From NCBI GenBank assembly GCA_030640255.1, contig DAOWJS010000028.1, forward strand, positions 1 through 34,430: a DNA stretch of 34,430 nucleotides. Direction: 5' to 3'. Origin of the DNA: Dehalococcoidales bacterium (GTDB taxonomy: Bacteria > Chloroflexota > Dehalococcoidia > Dehalococcoidales > GCA-2688105). Below are positions 1 through 11,024 of the stretch, one piece after another. The notes below the pieces were generated by a model. That model did no database searches and was not told where the DNA came from. It saw nothing but the letters and a program-made list of their open reading frames with translations. The first letter of the stretch is position 1. Every line of letters starts with the position of its first letter. The position numbers were made by a program, and so were the translations under genes.

Positions 1-499
1 CGGCGGTTCCATCCTCAGTAACCGTAATGAGCTTTATTTTAGGCGGTAAAAGGAGGGTGGGGTAAAGCTGGGAGGCAGTGGAGGCGCCTATGAGTAGGGT
101 TACTGAGCATGCTTGGTTCAGCGCTTCCTGGGATAGAATGCATAATGGCGCAATACCAATGCCACCAGCTACCAGTAACAGGTTGTGAGCGTCAGGGTAA
201 ATAGAAAAGCCGTTACCTAGCGGTCCCAGCAGGTCTATTTTATTACCGACTTGGCGTTGAGATAGCCAGCGTGTGCCTTTGCCGACTACCGTGAAGAGGA
301 GAGCTAGTTTATTTTGGTTGGATAGCTGGTGGATACTCAGCGGGCGGCGCAGGAGGCATTCAGAGCCTTCGCCGCAGCGTACCATAACAAATTGTCCCGG
401 ACCTGCTGTTGAGGCTATCGGGGGGGATTCCAGCCAGATAAGATAAACCCCGGGCATAACTTCACTAGTAGAAATAATGGGAGCCACAGCTTGCTTCAA
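1..499 (-). CDS. pyrK: dihydroorotate dehydrogenase electron-transfer subunit PyrK (first ~166 codons; the 3' end runs off the window)
   Basis: Absent from the ORF track because it has no stop in the window. Manual minus-strand translation from TTG 499 (which overlaps the carB stop as TTGA) gives [89 protein letters not shown]. These are PyrK-type FAD/NAD-binding motifs. The position just after carB fits a pyr operon. Confidence 0.75.
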   Translation of the reverse strand, partial: MKQAVAPIISTSEVMPGVYLIWLESPPIASTAGPGQFVMVRCGEGSECLLRRPLSIHQLSNQNKLALLFTVVGKGTRWLSQRQVGNKIDLLGPLGNGFSIYPDAHNLLLVAGGIGIAPLCILSQEALNQACSVTLLIGASTASQLYPTLLLPPKIKLITVTEDGTA

Positions 500-3400
500 G
501 CTGGCTCCTTTCCCCGGTAGTCGGGCAGGGGTTGAGCGCTATAAATTTGGCTTCCGTTGGCAAGTGCCTCTACCGCAGCTCGAGCCGTATCCAGGGAGGT
601 AAAGCAGGAAACACGCCTCTCGGCAGCCGACCGACGGATTTGGAAACCATCTCTTAGCGGGACACGATCTCCGGTAACGGTATTGACGACGCCGTTTACT
701 GTTCCATCATTAATGATGTCAATAACATTGGGATGCCCCTCGCTCAATTTTTTGCTAATCATTTTTACCGGGAGTCCCGCCGCCTCAATCATAGCTGCTG
801 TGCCTTCGGTGGCATAGAGTTTGTAGCCTATTGAGGCGAACCTTCTGATTATAGGTAGCGCTTCGGGCTTATCTCGGTCAGCAATACTGAAAAGTATGGC
901 ACCTTGAGGCAGTAGCATTAGTCCCGCAGCTAGAAGTGCCTTGGCTAAGGCAGCATCAAAGGTGTAATCAATCCCCATTACCTCTCCGGTGGACTTCATT
1001 TCCGGACCAAGGTAGGTATCAACGCCAAGTAGTTTTGACATAGAGAAAACCGGGGCTTTAATGGCTACCAGTTCTTGCTTGGGCCACAGTCCGGTGTGGT
1101 AGCCCTGCTCCTTGAGGCTTTTACCCAGCATAACCTTGGTGGCCACTTTTACCATAGGTATACCGGTAACCTTGGAGAGAAAGGGGACGGTGCGGCTGGC
1201 CCTGGGGTTAACCTCTAATACATAGACCGAAGGCTCAGAACCGGGAGGTACTGATTCTGGATGAGGCATAATGACGAACTGGATGTTCATCAAGCCTTTA
1301 ATTTTGAGTGCCAGTCCCATCCTGATAGTATAGTCAACAATAGTTTCTACCTCTGGCTCGGTTAGATTTATCCCGGGATAGACGGCCATAGAGTCTCCAC
1401 TGTGGACTCCTGCCCGTTCAATATGCTCCATTATCCCGGGAATGAGAACACTCTCCCCGTCACCTATGGCGTCAACCTCTACCTCTTTTCCTTGCAGGTA
1501 TTTGTCAATAAGCACCGGGTGCTTGGTATCCAGTTCTATGGCTAGCTTCATATAGCGGACTAGCTCGCCGGCATTGTGAACTATTTCCATAGCTCTGCCG
1601 CCGAGGACATAGCTGGGGCGAACCAATACTGGATAACCGATAAGCTGAGCTACCTTGAGGGCTTCATCTACCGAGGTTACCCCGGCTCCCGGTGGTTGAG
1701 GAATGCCCAGCTCGTTGAGGAAGTTCTCAAATCGGCGCCTGTCCTCAGCCAGGTCAATAGCCTCAGCGCTGGAGCCGAGGAGAGGCATCCCGCTGCGAAA
1801 TAGGGGCTCAGCCAGGTTTATCGCCGTCTGACCTCCAAATTGGACTATAGACGGCGAGGGGGCATTGTCCGGTTGCCCGCTTTCATTTTCCAGGATGTCA
1901 CGCAGGCTTTCCTCATCCAGGGGTTCAAAGTAGAGGCGGTCACTGGTATCAAAATCGGTGGACACCGTTTCCGGGTTGGAGTTGACCATTATACTCTTGA
2001 AGCCAGACTCCTGCAGTGCCCAGGAAGAATGAACGCTACAGTAGTCAAATTCAATACCCTGCCCAATGCGGATAGGTCCGCTACCGATGACTATCGCCTT
2101 GTTTCCTTCAAGAGGCTCAGCCTCATTCTCCTGGTCGTAGGTGCTGTAGAAGTAAGGGGTGCCGGCGTCAAACTCAGCAGCACAGGTATCCACCATCTTG
2201 TAAACGGGACGGATTTGCCACTTGTGCCGCAACTCCCTTACCTGCTCGGTGAGTCTATCAGCCAGGGTTCCAATCTGCTCGTCAGAGAAGCCGAGCCGTT
2301 TTGCCCGCCGTAGAAGCTCTGGGGTCAGCGGCTTAGACAGGAGCCTCTTTTCCATATTAACAATGTTCTGGAGCTTATCCATAAACCACAGGTCAATCTT
2401 GGTGTGGTTGGATAGCTCTTGGGCAGTGAGCCCTCTTCTCAGGGCGGCCATTAGCGCCCATAATCTCAGGTCGTTAGGTTCCAGAAGGTAGGCATTGATA
2501 TCTGTTCCCATCTCCCAGGTGCGGTCTTCCCACAGTAGCGACCGGTTGCTAAACTCAAGGGAGCGAATCGCCTTCTGCAGAGCGGCTTCAAAACAGCGGT
2601 CAATAGCCATTACCTCGCCGGTGGCTTTCATCTGGGTGCCGATAACCCGGTCACCGGAGGCAAACTTATCAAACGGCCAGCGAGGAATCTTGACCACCAG
2701 GTAGTCCAGTGCTGGCTCGAAGGCAGCCATGGTTTTCCCGGTTATCTGGTTGGGGATTTCATCCAGCCTTTTGCCGACGGCTATCTTCGCCGCCACGCGG
2801 GCAATGGGATACCCGGTAGCCTTACTGGCTAGGGCGGAGCTTCGGCTGACCCTGGGGTTTACTTCAATCACATAATAATCATTGCTGTTAGGGTCGAGGG
2901 CGAACTGGATATTACAGCCGCCTTCAACTCCCAGGGCACGAATAATCTTGAGGCTGGCTGTCCGCAACATCTGGTGCTCTTTATTAGTCAGAGTCTGGCT
3001 GGGAGCCACCACGATGCTGTCGCCGGTATGAACCCCCATCGGGTCAATATTCTCCATATTGCAAACGGTGATGCAGTTATCGGCCCCGTCGCGCATTATC
3101 TCATACTCAATCTCTTTCCAGCCAATTACCGATTCTTCCAGCAGTATCTGGTGAATGGGACTGGCTGCCAATCCTACGGTTGCCGCATGGTCCAGCTCCT
3201 CCCAGGTATTGGCTACCCCGCCCCCAGTCCCCCCCAGGGTGTAAGCGGGGCGGATTATCAGGGGCAGACCTAAGTCCTTGGCTACCTTGGCGGCTTCTTT
3301 TAAGCTGGTTACGGTGGCGCTCTTCGGCACCGGCTCGCCGATATTGATTAGCATCTGCTTGAATAACTCGCGGTCTTCCGCCATTCTTATGGTTTGTATC

Positions 3401-3750
3401 GGTGTTCCCAGGCTTTTCATATTATATTTGTCTAAAACGCCGGCATCGGCTAAGTCCACCGCTAGATTAAGCCCGGTCTGACCACCGAGGGTGGGCAGTA
3501 GCCCATCGGGACGCTCCCGCTCAATAATGCGGGCGACCATTTCCACGGTGAGCGGCTCAATATAGATAATGTCGGCGATACCCTCATCGGTCATAATGGT
3601 TGCCGGGTTGGAGTTGACCAGCACCGAGGTTACCCCCTCCTCCCGCATCGCCTTGCACGCCTGGGTGCCGGCGTAGTCAAACTCCGCCGCCTGCCCGATA
3701 ACAATCGGCCCCGACCCAATAATTAATACTTTAGATGGTTTCTTGGTCAA
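496..3750 (-). CDS. carB: carbamoyl-phosphate synthase large subunit
   Basis: 1084-aa ORF with duplicated ATP-grasp halves ([21 protein letters not shown] and [19 protein letters not shown]) and an MGS-like C-terminal domain. TTG start at 3750 is preceded by AAGGAG 8 nt upstream. Lies downstream of carA. Confidence 0.97.
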   Translation of the reverse strand: MTKKPSKVLIIGSGPIVIGQAAEFDYAGTQACKAMREEGVTSVLVNSNPATIMTDEGIADIIYIEPLTVEMVARIIERERPDGLLPTLGGQTGLNLAVDLADAGVLDKYNMKSLGTPIQTIRMAEDRELFKQMLINIGEPVPKSATVTSLKEAAKVAKDLGLPLIIRPAYTLGGTGGGVANTWEELDHAATVGLAASPIHQILLEESVIGWKEIEYEIMRDGADNCITVCNMENIDPMGVHTGDSIVVAPSQTLTNKEHQMLRTASLKIIRALGVEGGCNIQFALDPNSNDYYVIEVNPRVSRSSALASKATGYPIARVAAKIAVGKRLDEIPNQITGKTMAAFEPALDYLVVKIPRWPFDKFASGDRVIGTQMKATGEVMAIDRCFEAALQKAIRSLEFSNRSLLWEDRTWEMGTDINAYLLEPNDLRLWALMAALRRGLTAQELSNHTKIDLWFMDKLQNIVNMEKRLLSKPLTPELLRRAKRLGFSDEQIGTLADRLTEQVRELRHKWQIRPVYKMVDTCAAEFDAGTPYFYSTYDQENEAEPLEGNKAIVIGSGPIRIGQGIEFDYCSVHSSWALQESGFKSIMVNSNPETVSTDFDTSDRLYFEPLDEESLRDILENESGQPDNAPSPSIVQFGGQTAINLAEPLFRSGMPLLGSSAEAIDLAEDRRRFENFLNELGIPQPPGAGVTSVDEALKVAQLIGYPVLVRPSYVLGGRAMEIVHNAGELVRYMKLAIELDTKHPVLIDKYLQGKEVEVDAIGDGESVLIPGIMEHIERAGVHSGDSMAVYPGINLTEPEVETIVDYTIRMGLALKIKGLMNIQFVIMPHPESVPPGSEPSVYVLEVNPRASRTVPFLSKVTGIPMVKVATKVMLGKSLKEQGYHTGLWPKQELVAIKAPVFSMSKLLGVDTYLGPEMKSTGEVMGIDYTFDAALAKALLAAGLMLLPQGAILFSIADRDKPEALPIIRRFASIGYKLYATEGTAAMIEAAGLPVKMISKKLSEGHPNVIDIINDGTVNGVVNTVTGDRVPLRDGFQIRRSAAERRVSCFTSLDTARAAVEALANGSQIYSAQPLPDYRGKEPA

Positions 3751-4400
3751 GATGTGTGCTCCTTATAAAAGAAATGCGACCAGATGAGAATATCTAATAA
3801 GCGAAGAAGGGAAACGTCATACATATATTCATATTTAGTTGAAATAATCTGCTGTATCTTAGTTAATTCATCTTTGTTTGCATCTATATCTTTTTTTAGT
3901 TCGGAAATACACTTGATAGCCCAATCAGACTCGCTAGTCCATTTCTGGTCTATTATGATGGCTTTGCAGTAATCTATTTCCAATATACTATCAAGAATTG
4001 GTATTACATTTGGTAATTTCTTGTGCAGTATTTTTGTCTTTCTAGCAAGACTCAAATATTTTGTGTCGAATGCTTGTATTAATTCACCAATTTTACCCCA
4101 CGGTATCTTTTCAAAATCGTCAGAGATTTTTGTGTTGTAAGGAATTTTAGAGAGACAGGAGTTTATCTTATTTATTTTTTCAAGGAGCGGTTTAATTACA
4201 AGTGATTCATCATAATAAGGAATTCTAGCACCAAGACTATTACTGGCATCTATAGCCATAAGTATTTGTGCCTTGTTTAAGAAGCTGTTTGTAGGTAGTC
4301 TCATACTGTCATAATATCGGGCTCCGCTTTCCCTGTTCCAGTAATATTCAATTTTCTCAATAGGATTTGAAATCTGGATGTTATTTCTTAGTTTAATCAT
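3747..4400 (-). CDS. hypothetical protein, AT-rich orphan gene (possibly DUF6308-like)
   Basis: 217-aa ORF with a strong SD (AAGGAGGTGA) 5 nt upstream of ATG 4400. Its stop overlaps the carB TTG start (TTGA). By eye it is about one-third G+C, against about half in the flanks. The motifs [17 protein letters not shown] and [11 protein letters not shown] recall my memory of the DUF6308 family; this is not verified. Confidence 0.7.
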   Translation of the reverse strand: MIKLRNNIQISNPIEKIEYYWNRESGARYYDSMRLPTNSFLNKAQILMAIDASNSLGARIPYYDESLVIKPLLEKINKINSCLSKIPYNTKISDDFEKIPWGKIGELIQAFDTKYLSLARKTKILHKKLPNVIPILDSILEIDYCKAIIIDQKWTSESDWAIKCISELKKDIDANKDELTKIQQIISTKYEYMYDVSLLRLLDILIWSHFFYKEHTS

Positions 4401-4420
4401 TACTTCACCTCCTTACCTTC

Positions 4421-4900
4421 ATCTTGTTCTACCTCACCCCCTTTGTCCCCCTCTCCTTCAAAGGAGAGGGGGAGGTTGGGTGTGGAGAGGGGCTTCGCCC
4501 CTCTCAGACTCCCCGTATTAAGTTCTGCCTCACTCGGACTCCCCTTAATCATATCTAGATGTTTCGTCCCTCTCAGGCTCTCCCCACATTCAAGCTTGGG
4601 AGGATTATCCTCTCGGACTCCCCGTATTTTGTTCCGTACCTTTAGGTTCTCCTAAATACTAAGGGTTCAACCCTCTCGGACTCCCCTTATTCAATTTTGT
4701 CTATCTCCCTCCACTCAGGTGGGTTATAGAGAGGTTCAACCTCCCTTTTTAACCATCTCCTTACCCATCAGGAGAGTTTTAGAGAGGCGAAGCCTCTCTT
4801 TTTACATCTTCCCCTTCCCCTTACCCAATCCCCAAGGGGAAGGGGATAAAGGGGATGGGGTTACCACTAAACAGGGGCGAAGCCCCCTAAAACTCCCTGT
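4421..4900. repeat. intergenic hairpin-repeat cluster A (cap, P1, P2, five CTCGGACTCCCC-tailed units, P3 and GGGGATGGGGTTACC)
   Basis: Cap (reverse complement) 4427-4443. P1 palindrome 4447-4472 (CCCCCTCTCCTT..AAGGAGAGGGGG). P2 4485-4505 (GAGAGGGGC-TTC-GCCCCTCTC). Tails end at 4514, 4544, 4585, 4623 and 4686. Hairpins at 4600-4612, 4662-4674, 4731-4743, 4781-4799 and 4874-4886. P3 arms at 4811-4822 and 4834-4845. Track ORFs in this stretch are low-complexity artefacts. Confidence 0.85.
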
Positions 4901-4902
4901 AT

Positions 4903-6000
4903 TCATTTCCCTCCCCTCACCATCTCCAGAAACTTTTCAAAGAGGTAGGTATTGTCCAGGGGGCCGGGGGAGGCTTCGGAGTGGTACTGGATGGAGAAGA
5001 TGGGTAGCTCCTTGTGACGCAAGCCTTCCACCGTACCGTCATTCAGGTTGATATGGCTTACCTCTAGACCATCTTTCAAGGTATCGGGGTCAACGGCGTA
5101 GCCGTGGTTCTGAGCGGTGATATGGATTCGCCCATCACTCAGGTCGCGGACGGGGTGGTTACCGCCGCGATGACCAAACTTCAGCTTGAAGGTCTTGGCA
5201 CCGAATACCCTGCCCAGAATAAGGTGTCCCATACAGATGCCCATTATTGGCTTTTTACCGACAAGTTTCTTAATCGTATCTACTATGTAATCCAGCACTT
5301 CGGGGTTACCCGGACCCGGGGAGAGGAGAATACCGTCGGGCTTCAGGTTCAAGATTTCATCGGCAGTCATGGTGCAGGGCACCGCAGTTACCCGGCAGCC
5401 GTGACCACACATCATGCGCAGTATGCTGTATTTCAAGCCGCAGTCCAGGACGACTATTTTACATGGCGGTGAGGCTGCCTGGCCCGGTTCTGGTTCCCAT
5501 TGATAGGGGGCGTTGGTGGTAACCTGCTTGACGAAATCGGTGGAGCCATAGCCGGGTACTTTCAGCAGTTGCTCCATAGCCTGCTGGGGAGTTTTATCGC
5601 TGGTAATAATGCCCATCATTACCCCGGCCGAGCGGAGTTTGCGGGTGATAGCCCGGGTATCCACGCCACTTATTCCCGGTATGCCATTTTCGACTAGGTA
5701 TTCATGGAGGGTGCCGGTGCTCAGGTAGTGGTTGGGTTGGTAGCACTCCTCCCTGACCACAAAGCCTCTAACCTGGACTTTGTCCGACTCAAAATCCTGC
5801 TCATTTATGCCGTAATTGCCGATAAGGGGGTAGGTGGGAACCACAATCTGTCCGGCGTAGGAGGGGTCGGTTAGCGTTTCCTGATACCCGAACATACTGG
5901 TGTTGAAAACCACCTCACCACAGGCATCAGCCTCAGTCCCAAAGGCATAACCTTCATAAACTGAGCCATCGGCTAAGACTAGTATTGCTTTTTTAGTCAT
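4903..6000 (-). CDS. carA: carbamoyl-phosphate synthase small (glutamine amidotransferase) subunit
   Basis: 365-aa ORF. The N-terminal CPSase small-chain domain begins AILVLADGSVYEGYAFG. Class I GATase motifs are present (PIMGICMGHLIL, then HRGGNHPV and NHGYAV). Confidence 0.97.
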   Translation of the reverse strand: MTKKAILVLADGSVYEGYAFGTEADACGEVVFNTSMFGYQETLTDPSYAGQIVVPTYPLIGNYGINEQDFESDKVQVRGFVVREECYQPNHYLSTGTLHEYLVENGIPGISGVDTRAITRKLRSAGVMMGIITSDKTPQQAMEQLLKVPGYGSTDFVKQVTTNAPYQWEPEPGQAASPPCKIVVLDCGLKYSILRMMCGHGCRVTAVPCTMTADEILNLKPDGILLSPGPGNPEVLDYIVDTIKKLVGKKPIMGICMGHLILGRVFGAKTFKLKFGHRGGNHPVRDLSDGRIHITAQNHGYAVDPDTLKDGLEVSHINLNDGTVEGLRHKELPIFSIQYHSEASPGPLDNTYLFEKFLEMVRGGK

Positions 6001-6007
6001 ATTAGGC

Positions 6008-6333
6008 TTTATCTACCTCACCCCCTTAGGTTTTTATTAGGTAACCCTATCCCCTTTAGTCACTTGATTTGGTGACCCTCCCCCTTTTGTCCCCCTCCCT
6101 TGTTAAGGGAGGGGGAAATTGGTTGTGTGAGAGGGGCGGTGCCCCTCTCTGACTCCCCTTCGAGCTTCCCCGTTAACGGGGGAAGATTTTCTCTGAAGAG
6201 GGGCTTTGCCCCTCTTAAACCCCCCTTCACTATTTTCTTCTTCAAAGGAGAGGGGAGGTATGGGTTTCGGGGGAGCTTCGCCCCTCCAAGCTTCCCCTCA
6301 GAAAATAAATTCCTTATAGAGGCTTTGCCTCTC
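6008..6333. repeat. intergenic hairpin-repeat cluster B (same family and same order as cluster A)
   Basis: Cap (rc) 6008-6028. GGTAACCCTATCCCCTTTAG 6040-6059. P1 6091-6115. P2 6129-6149 with tail TGACTCCCC 6150-6158. Further GC hairpins at 6165-6185, 6196-6216, 6269-6287 (degenerate) and 6318-6332. The stretch 6091-6158 aligns almost base for base with 4447-4514. Confidence 0.85.
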
Positions 6334-6335
6334 CT

Positions 6336-7669
6336 TTAATATTTCCCCTTCGCCTCAACTTTAATTGAGTCATCCTTATAAACTAGCTTTCCCCGGGCTA
6401 TGGTTGCCATTACCATCCCTTTAAGCACTGAGCCAGCCCAAGGGGTATTCTTGCCCTTTGAGGCAAAGGTCTTGGTATCTACCACCCATTCCCTCCCAGG
6501 GTCAAAGATGGTAATATCGGCTGAAGCACCAATAGCTAGTGTGCCCAGTTTTTCATATTTATCACCAATAATCTTTGATGGTTCATAAGTGAGCTTGGCG
6601 ATGAGGGTAGTCAGAGTTAGCTGTCCATCGTGCACTAAACTCATCAGGCTGCCCAAGGCGGTCTCAAATCCACTGATGCCAAAGGGGGCCAGGGCAAACT
6701 CACACCGTTTATCGGCCTCAGTGTGAGGGGCGTGGTCGGTAGCAATAATGTCAATTACATTCTCTTTGAGCCCTTGAATTAATGCTTGGACGTCTCTTCC
6801 GGTTCTTAGCGGTGGATTTACCTTAGCGTTGGTATCATAGCCTATTACCCTATCCTCGGTGAGGGTCAGGTGGTGTGGGGTGACCTCGGCAGTAACCCGG
6901 ATGCCTTTTTCTTTGGCACGACGAATAAGCTCAACCGAGCCTTCAGTGGTAACATGGGCAATGTGTAGCCGACCTCCGGTGAGTTGAGCCAGAGCCAGGT
7001 CACGGGCAACTATAATATCTTCAGCGGCATTAGGTATGCCACGAAGCCCTAATCTGGCTGAGGTTACGCCCTCATTCATCACTCCGCCCTCGGTGAGGGC
7101 AGTATCCTCACAGTGGTCAGTAATCGGCAGGTCCAGGTCGCGGCTACAGTCCAGTGCCTGGCGCATAAGGCGTGAATTCAGAGCTGGTTCACCATCATCA
7201 CTAAAGGCAATCACCCCGGCTGAAGCCAGTTCGTCTAGTTCAGCTAGCTCCGCTCCCTTTCTTTCTTTAGAAATACAGCCTATAGGCAGAACGCGAACCA
7301 CGCCTTCGGTGGCTGCCGTTGATTTGACATAATTTATGGCAGCTTGATTGTCCAGGGGTGGGTTGGTATTAGCCATACAGCAGATAGTGGTAAAGCCGCC
7401 TCTGGCTGCGGCTTGAGTGCCGGTGGCAATGGTTTCCTTCTCTTCAAACCCCGGCTGCCTCAGGTGACAGTGAAGGTCAACAAACCCGGGGCAGACTATC
7501 AGTCCCTGGGCATTAAGGACTTCATACTCGGGGTGGGGTGGGGTTATTTCCCCTCTGCCCAGCCATGAGATTTTGCCGTTGCTGATGAGCAAACTACCGA
7601 TTTCATCGAGCCCCTGGCTGGGGTCGATTATGCGACCGCCATGGATAAGCAAGGAAACTGCTTTGATAT

Positions 7670-7673
<4 letters not shown>
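6336..7673 (-). CDS. pyrC: dihydroorotase
   Basis: 445-aa ORF with the amidohydrolase metal motif DLHCHLRQPG and the later ATDHAPH. Its start overlaps the pyrB stop as ATGA. Confidence 0.95.
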
Positions 7674-9765
<2,092 letters not shown>

Positions 9766-9794
9766 TATCCTCGCTTTTTAATTCCTAAACAATA

Positions 9795-9823
9795 ATTATA
9801 CCACTTTAATCTGATTATGGCAA
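9795..9823 (-). promoter_or_regulatory. candidate sigma70-type promoter of the pyr operon
   Basis: The minus strand reads TTGCCA (9818-9823), a 17-nt spacer, then TATAAT (9795-9800). It lies upstream of the PyrR-binding leader. Confidence 0.55.
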
Positions 9824-9880
9824 CATTTTCAAGGCGGGTTATTTATCCAAGGTAGTTAAACAATCTTTCGCGAAGTTCCC

Positions 9881-9909
9881 TTTACCAATGAGATATTAGG
9901 GGTTATAAT
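9881..9909 (+). promoter_or_regulatory. candidate divergent promoter for the 9955 gene
   Basis: TTTACC (9881-9886), a 17-nt spacer, then TATAAT (9904-9909). The RBS GGAGGTG lies at 9944-9950, before TTG 9955. Confidence 0.45.
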
Positions 9910-9954
9910 AAACCGGTATGTTCAGATTTTCCAAACTGTAGCCGGAGGTGTAGC

Positions 9955-10977
9955 TTGGTTGCCTTATATGTAACTTCTGTGGAGAAGGCGGTGGGTAAGA
10001 CTGCGGTTGGTGCTGGTCTGGGTAAATATTTACTGGATAATGGTAAAAAAGTAGGTTTCTTAAAACCGCTCATCGCTGCTACGGCGAGTCTATCACCAGA
10101 AGGTGTTGACAGCGATGCGGTATTTATGAAGCATATTTTGGCTTTGGAGGAGCCGGTGGACGCTCTTTGTCCGGTTATTAGCGATAAGGATAATCTGACC
10201 AGTAGTATTAAGGAAGCCTATGCCAGGGTTTCTCAGGGTAAAGATGTAGTTATTATTGAGGGTATGGGTAAGCCGAGCCCGGCTTATTTCAAGGTAGTAG
10301 AAGCCCTGGATGCCAGGGTGATTATTGTGGAAGGCTATTCTGATAGGTTGCCTACGGCAAGGCTTATTACTAGCGGTGAGGAATGGGGGGAATATTTACT
10401 GGGGGCAGTAGTGAATAAGGTGCCCAGAAGTCAATTAGAACATGTTTCTGGTGAGGTGTCTAAGGCAGGGGTAAGTATTTTAGGGGTGTTTCCTGAAGAT
10501 AGAGCCCTATTTACGCTAACCGTGGGTGAACTGGCTGAGCATATTCATGGAGAAATATTGAACTCGGCTGAGAAATCAGGCGAACTGGTGGAAAACATTA
10601 TGCTTGGCGCCATGACCGTTGACCCGGGTCCCGAATACTTTGGTCGCCAAGCTGATAAGGCGGTAATAGTCAGGGGTGAACGCCCTGATATGCAACTGGC
10701 AGCTCTGGAAACCTCAACCAGGTGTCTGGTTATCACTGGCGATACGGCACCAATCCCGACTGTCCTCTATAACGCCGAAAGTACGAAGGTTCCCATTATT
10801 TTAACCAAGGGGAATGTTGTGGACACGGTGGCGGATATTGAGGATGCCCTGGGCAAGGTGAGATTTAACCAGGAGAGTAAGTTACCCAGGCTTAGTGAAA
10901 TTATGGTGCAGTACTTCAACTTTCAGGCGGTATATCAAGGGCTGGGCTTAGCTAATCAGAGGAGGCCAATTCACTAG
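9955..10977 (+). CDS. Pta N-terminal-like protein (P-loop AAA_26/DTBS-like domain plus DRTGG domain)
   Basis: 340-aa ORF. The N-terminus VTSVEKAVGKTAVGAGLG resembles the dethiobiotin-synthetase-like P-loop. The C-terminal CLVITGDTAPIPTVL...VPIILT resembles the DRTGG domain found N-terminal in phosphotransacetylases. Confidence 0.75.
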   Translation: MVALYVTSVEKAVGKTAVGAGLGKYLLDNGKKVGFLKPLIAATASLSPEGVDSDAVFMKHILALEEPVDALCPVISDKDNLTSSIKEAYARVSQGKDVVIIEGMGKPSPAYFKVVEALDARVIIVEGYSDRLPTARLITSGEEWGEYLLGAVVNKVPRSQLEHVSGEVSKAGVSILGVFPEDRALFTLTVGELAEHIHGEILNSAEKSGELVENIMLGAMTVDPGPEYFGRQADKAVIVRGERPDMQLAALETSTRCLVITGDTAPIPTVLYNAESTKVPIILTKGNVVDTVADIEDALGKVRFNQESKLPRLSEIMVQYFNFQAVYQGLGLANQRRPIH

Positions 10978-11024
10978 TGACAAAGGGGCTCATAACTAAC
11001 CCCTCTACATCTATCATAGCGAGG

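Noticed and set aside
557-3481. Eight plus-strand track ORFs (60-157 aa) lie inside carB.
   Set aside because: All are antisense to a 1084-aa ORF with unmistakable CarB motifs, and none has an RBS. They are typical shadow ORFs.
4503-4686. Possible CRISPR array formed by the five CTCGGACTCCCC-containing units.
   Set aside because: The spacing is irregular (30, 41, 38 and 63 nt). The repeats are only ~12 nt and degenerate. The 'spacers' are themselves related hairpins, and no cas genes are present. This is not CRISPR architecture.
4443-5051. Track ORFs 4443..4655(+) and 4719..5051(+) lie in the carA-proximal spacer.
   Set aside because: They are read straight through the hairpin repeats and give Pro/Leu/Ser/Gly/Arg low-complexity peptides. 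They have no RBS, and the second runs antisense into carA. They are artefacts of G/C-tract repeats, not genes.
6060-6339. Track ORFs 6060..6245(-) and 6100..6339(+) lie in the pyrC-carA spacer.
   Set aside because: Same reasoning: they are mutually antisense low-complexity translations of palindromic repeats, with no RBS.
10978-11024. Possible bidirectional terminator between the convergent genes 9955..10977 and 11025..12203.
   Set aside because: There is only a 5-bp stem (AGGGG-N11-CCCCT) with no flanking T/A tracts, which is too weak to annotate.
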